DNA of 63,877 bases, the filler included, from Octopus bimaculoides (Eukaryota), in NCBI RefSeq assembly GCF_001194135.2. It is 10 parts of 9 records of this genome, joined end to end, with 100 filler letters (N's around TTAATTAATTAA, not from the genome) between each part and the next. Parts side by side here need not be neighbours in the genome. Positions count along the whole stretch, not along the records: positions 61,341 to 63,877 come from NW_026308558.1; 9 more parts are not named here. One strand, given 5' to 3'. Position numbers and translations under genes: made by a program. The notes under the pieces were generated by a model that made no database searches, was not told where the DNA came from, and saw only the letters and a program-made list of their open reading frames with translations. Below, piece by piece: positions 63,184-63,877 of this stretch (within the stretch, counting starts at the first letter, position 1; every line of letters begins with the position of its first letter).

Positions 63184-63877
63184 NNNNNNNNNNNNNNNNN
63201 NNNNNNNNNNNNNNNNNNNNNNNNNNNNNNNNNNNNNNNNNNNNNNNNNNNNNNNNNNNNNNNNNNNNNNNNNNNNNNNNNNNNNNNNNNNNNNNNNNNN
63301 NNNNNNNNNNNNNNNNNNNNNNNNNNNNNNNNNNNNNNNNNNNNNNNNNNNNNNNNNATACTGGAGTAATTTACCATTGCTTTACCCAACTGGATGGCTA
63401 TTAACCCACTGGAAGTTCATCCGTCCTTCGACAGGTCTTCTTTTTACTCTTGCTGGGTATCTTGATACCCTTCTCACAAGACAACAAGCTATTCAAATGA
63501 GGGAGCCGGTTTAGTCAGTGACCACTCGACCATGAAACAGGTAGTATTGTTTAACATGGTACGAAGAGATCCTTCACCTAACTGTATTAATTGTACTATT
63601 CCTAGATAAAAAGCGCAGGGGTCGGAATGGATCGTGTAGGAAAGTCTTTTGTCATTGTCTAGCAAGAATGGCTGACCTGGGCCTAAATAAGCAACGGTAA
63701 TGTGGTGAGAATGGGTCTTTTACAACAATAGCAGTTACCTGTTCTCTCTCAAAGATCACAGGTGCAGGTCTATCATTGAGGGGCTATTACTATAGTTTCA
63801 ATATGAACGGTTGTAAATAGACTGTATTTCACACACACAGCCACTGATAAAATACAATGGTAACAGAGAAAATACAC

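Overview
This is AT-rich, microsatellite-laden animal genomic DNA with many N gaps. The SINE families and repeat landscape look like an Octopus draft assembly; the species call is an inference from recalled repeats, not a database hit. The window is not one locus. Nine identical 100-bp spacers (44 N + TTAATTAATTAA + 44 N) join ten pieces: 1-8077, 8178-11268, 11369-13227, 13328-20891, 20992-34955, 35056-42654, 42755-57505, 57606-59035, 59136-61240 and 61341-63877. Adjacency across a spacer carries no biological meaning. The only host gene I can name is one coding exon of an EVI5-like Rab-GAP (24090-24252). The other recognisable coding sequence is decayed transposon: a Helitron Rep-Hel segment, a DD34D mariner plus mariner and hAT remnants, RTE- and CR1-type LINE ends, and several R4/Dong-type restriction-like-endonuclease (RLE) LINE fragments. 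The best leads are a hammerhead-ribozyme motif with a very long stem II, a U6 snRNA copy fused to a SINE 3' tail, Dong/R4 LINEs sitting antisense in (ATT)n SINE tails, a pre-miRNA-like hairpin, CpG decay of repeats inside the EVI5 intron, and an unidentified multi-exon gene candidate. I see no CRISPR array, rRNA, intact tRNA or convincing complete novel multi-gene system. Almost all ORFs in the track are microsatellite or N artefacts. Repeat boundaries are approximate.
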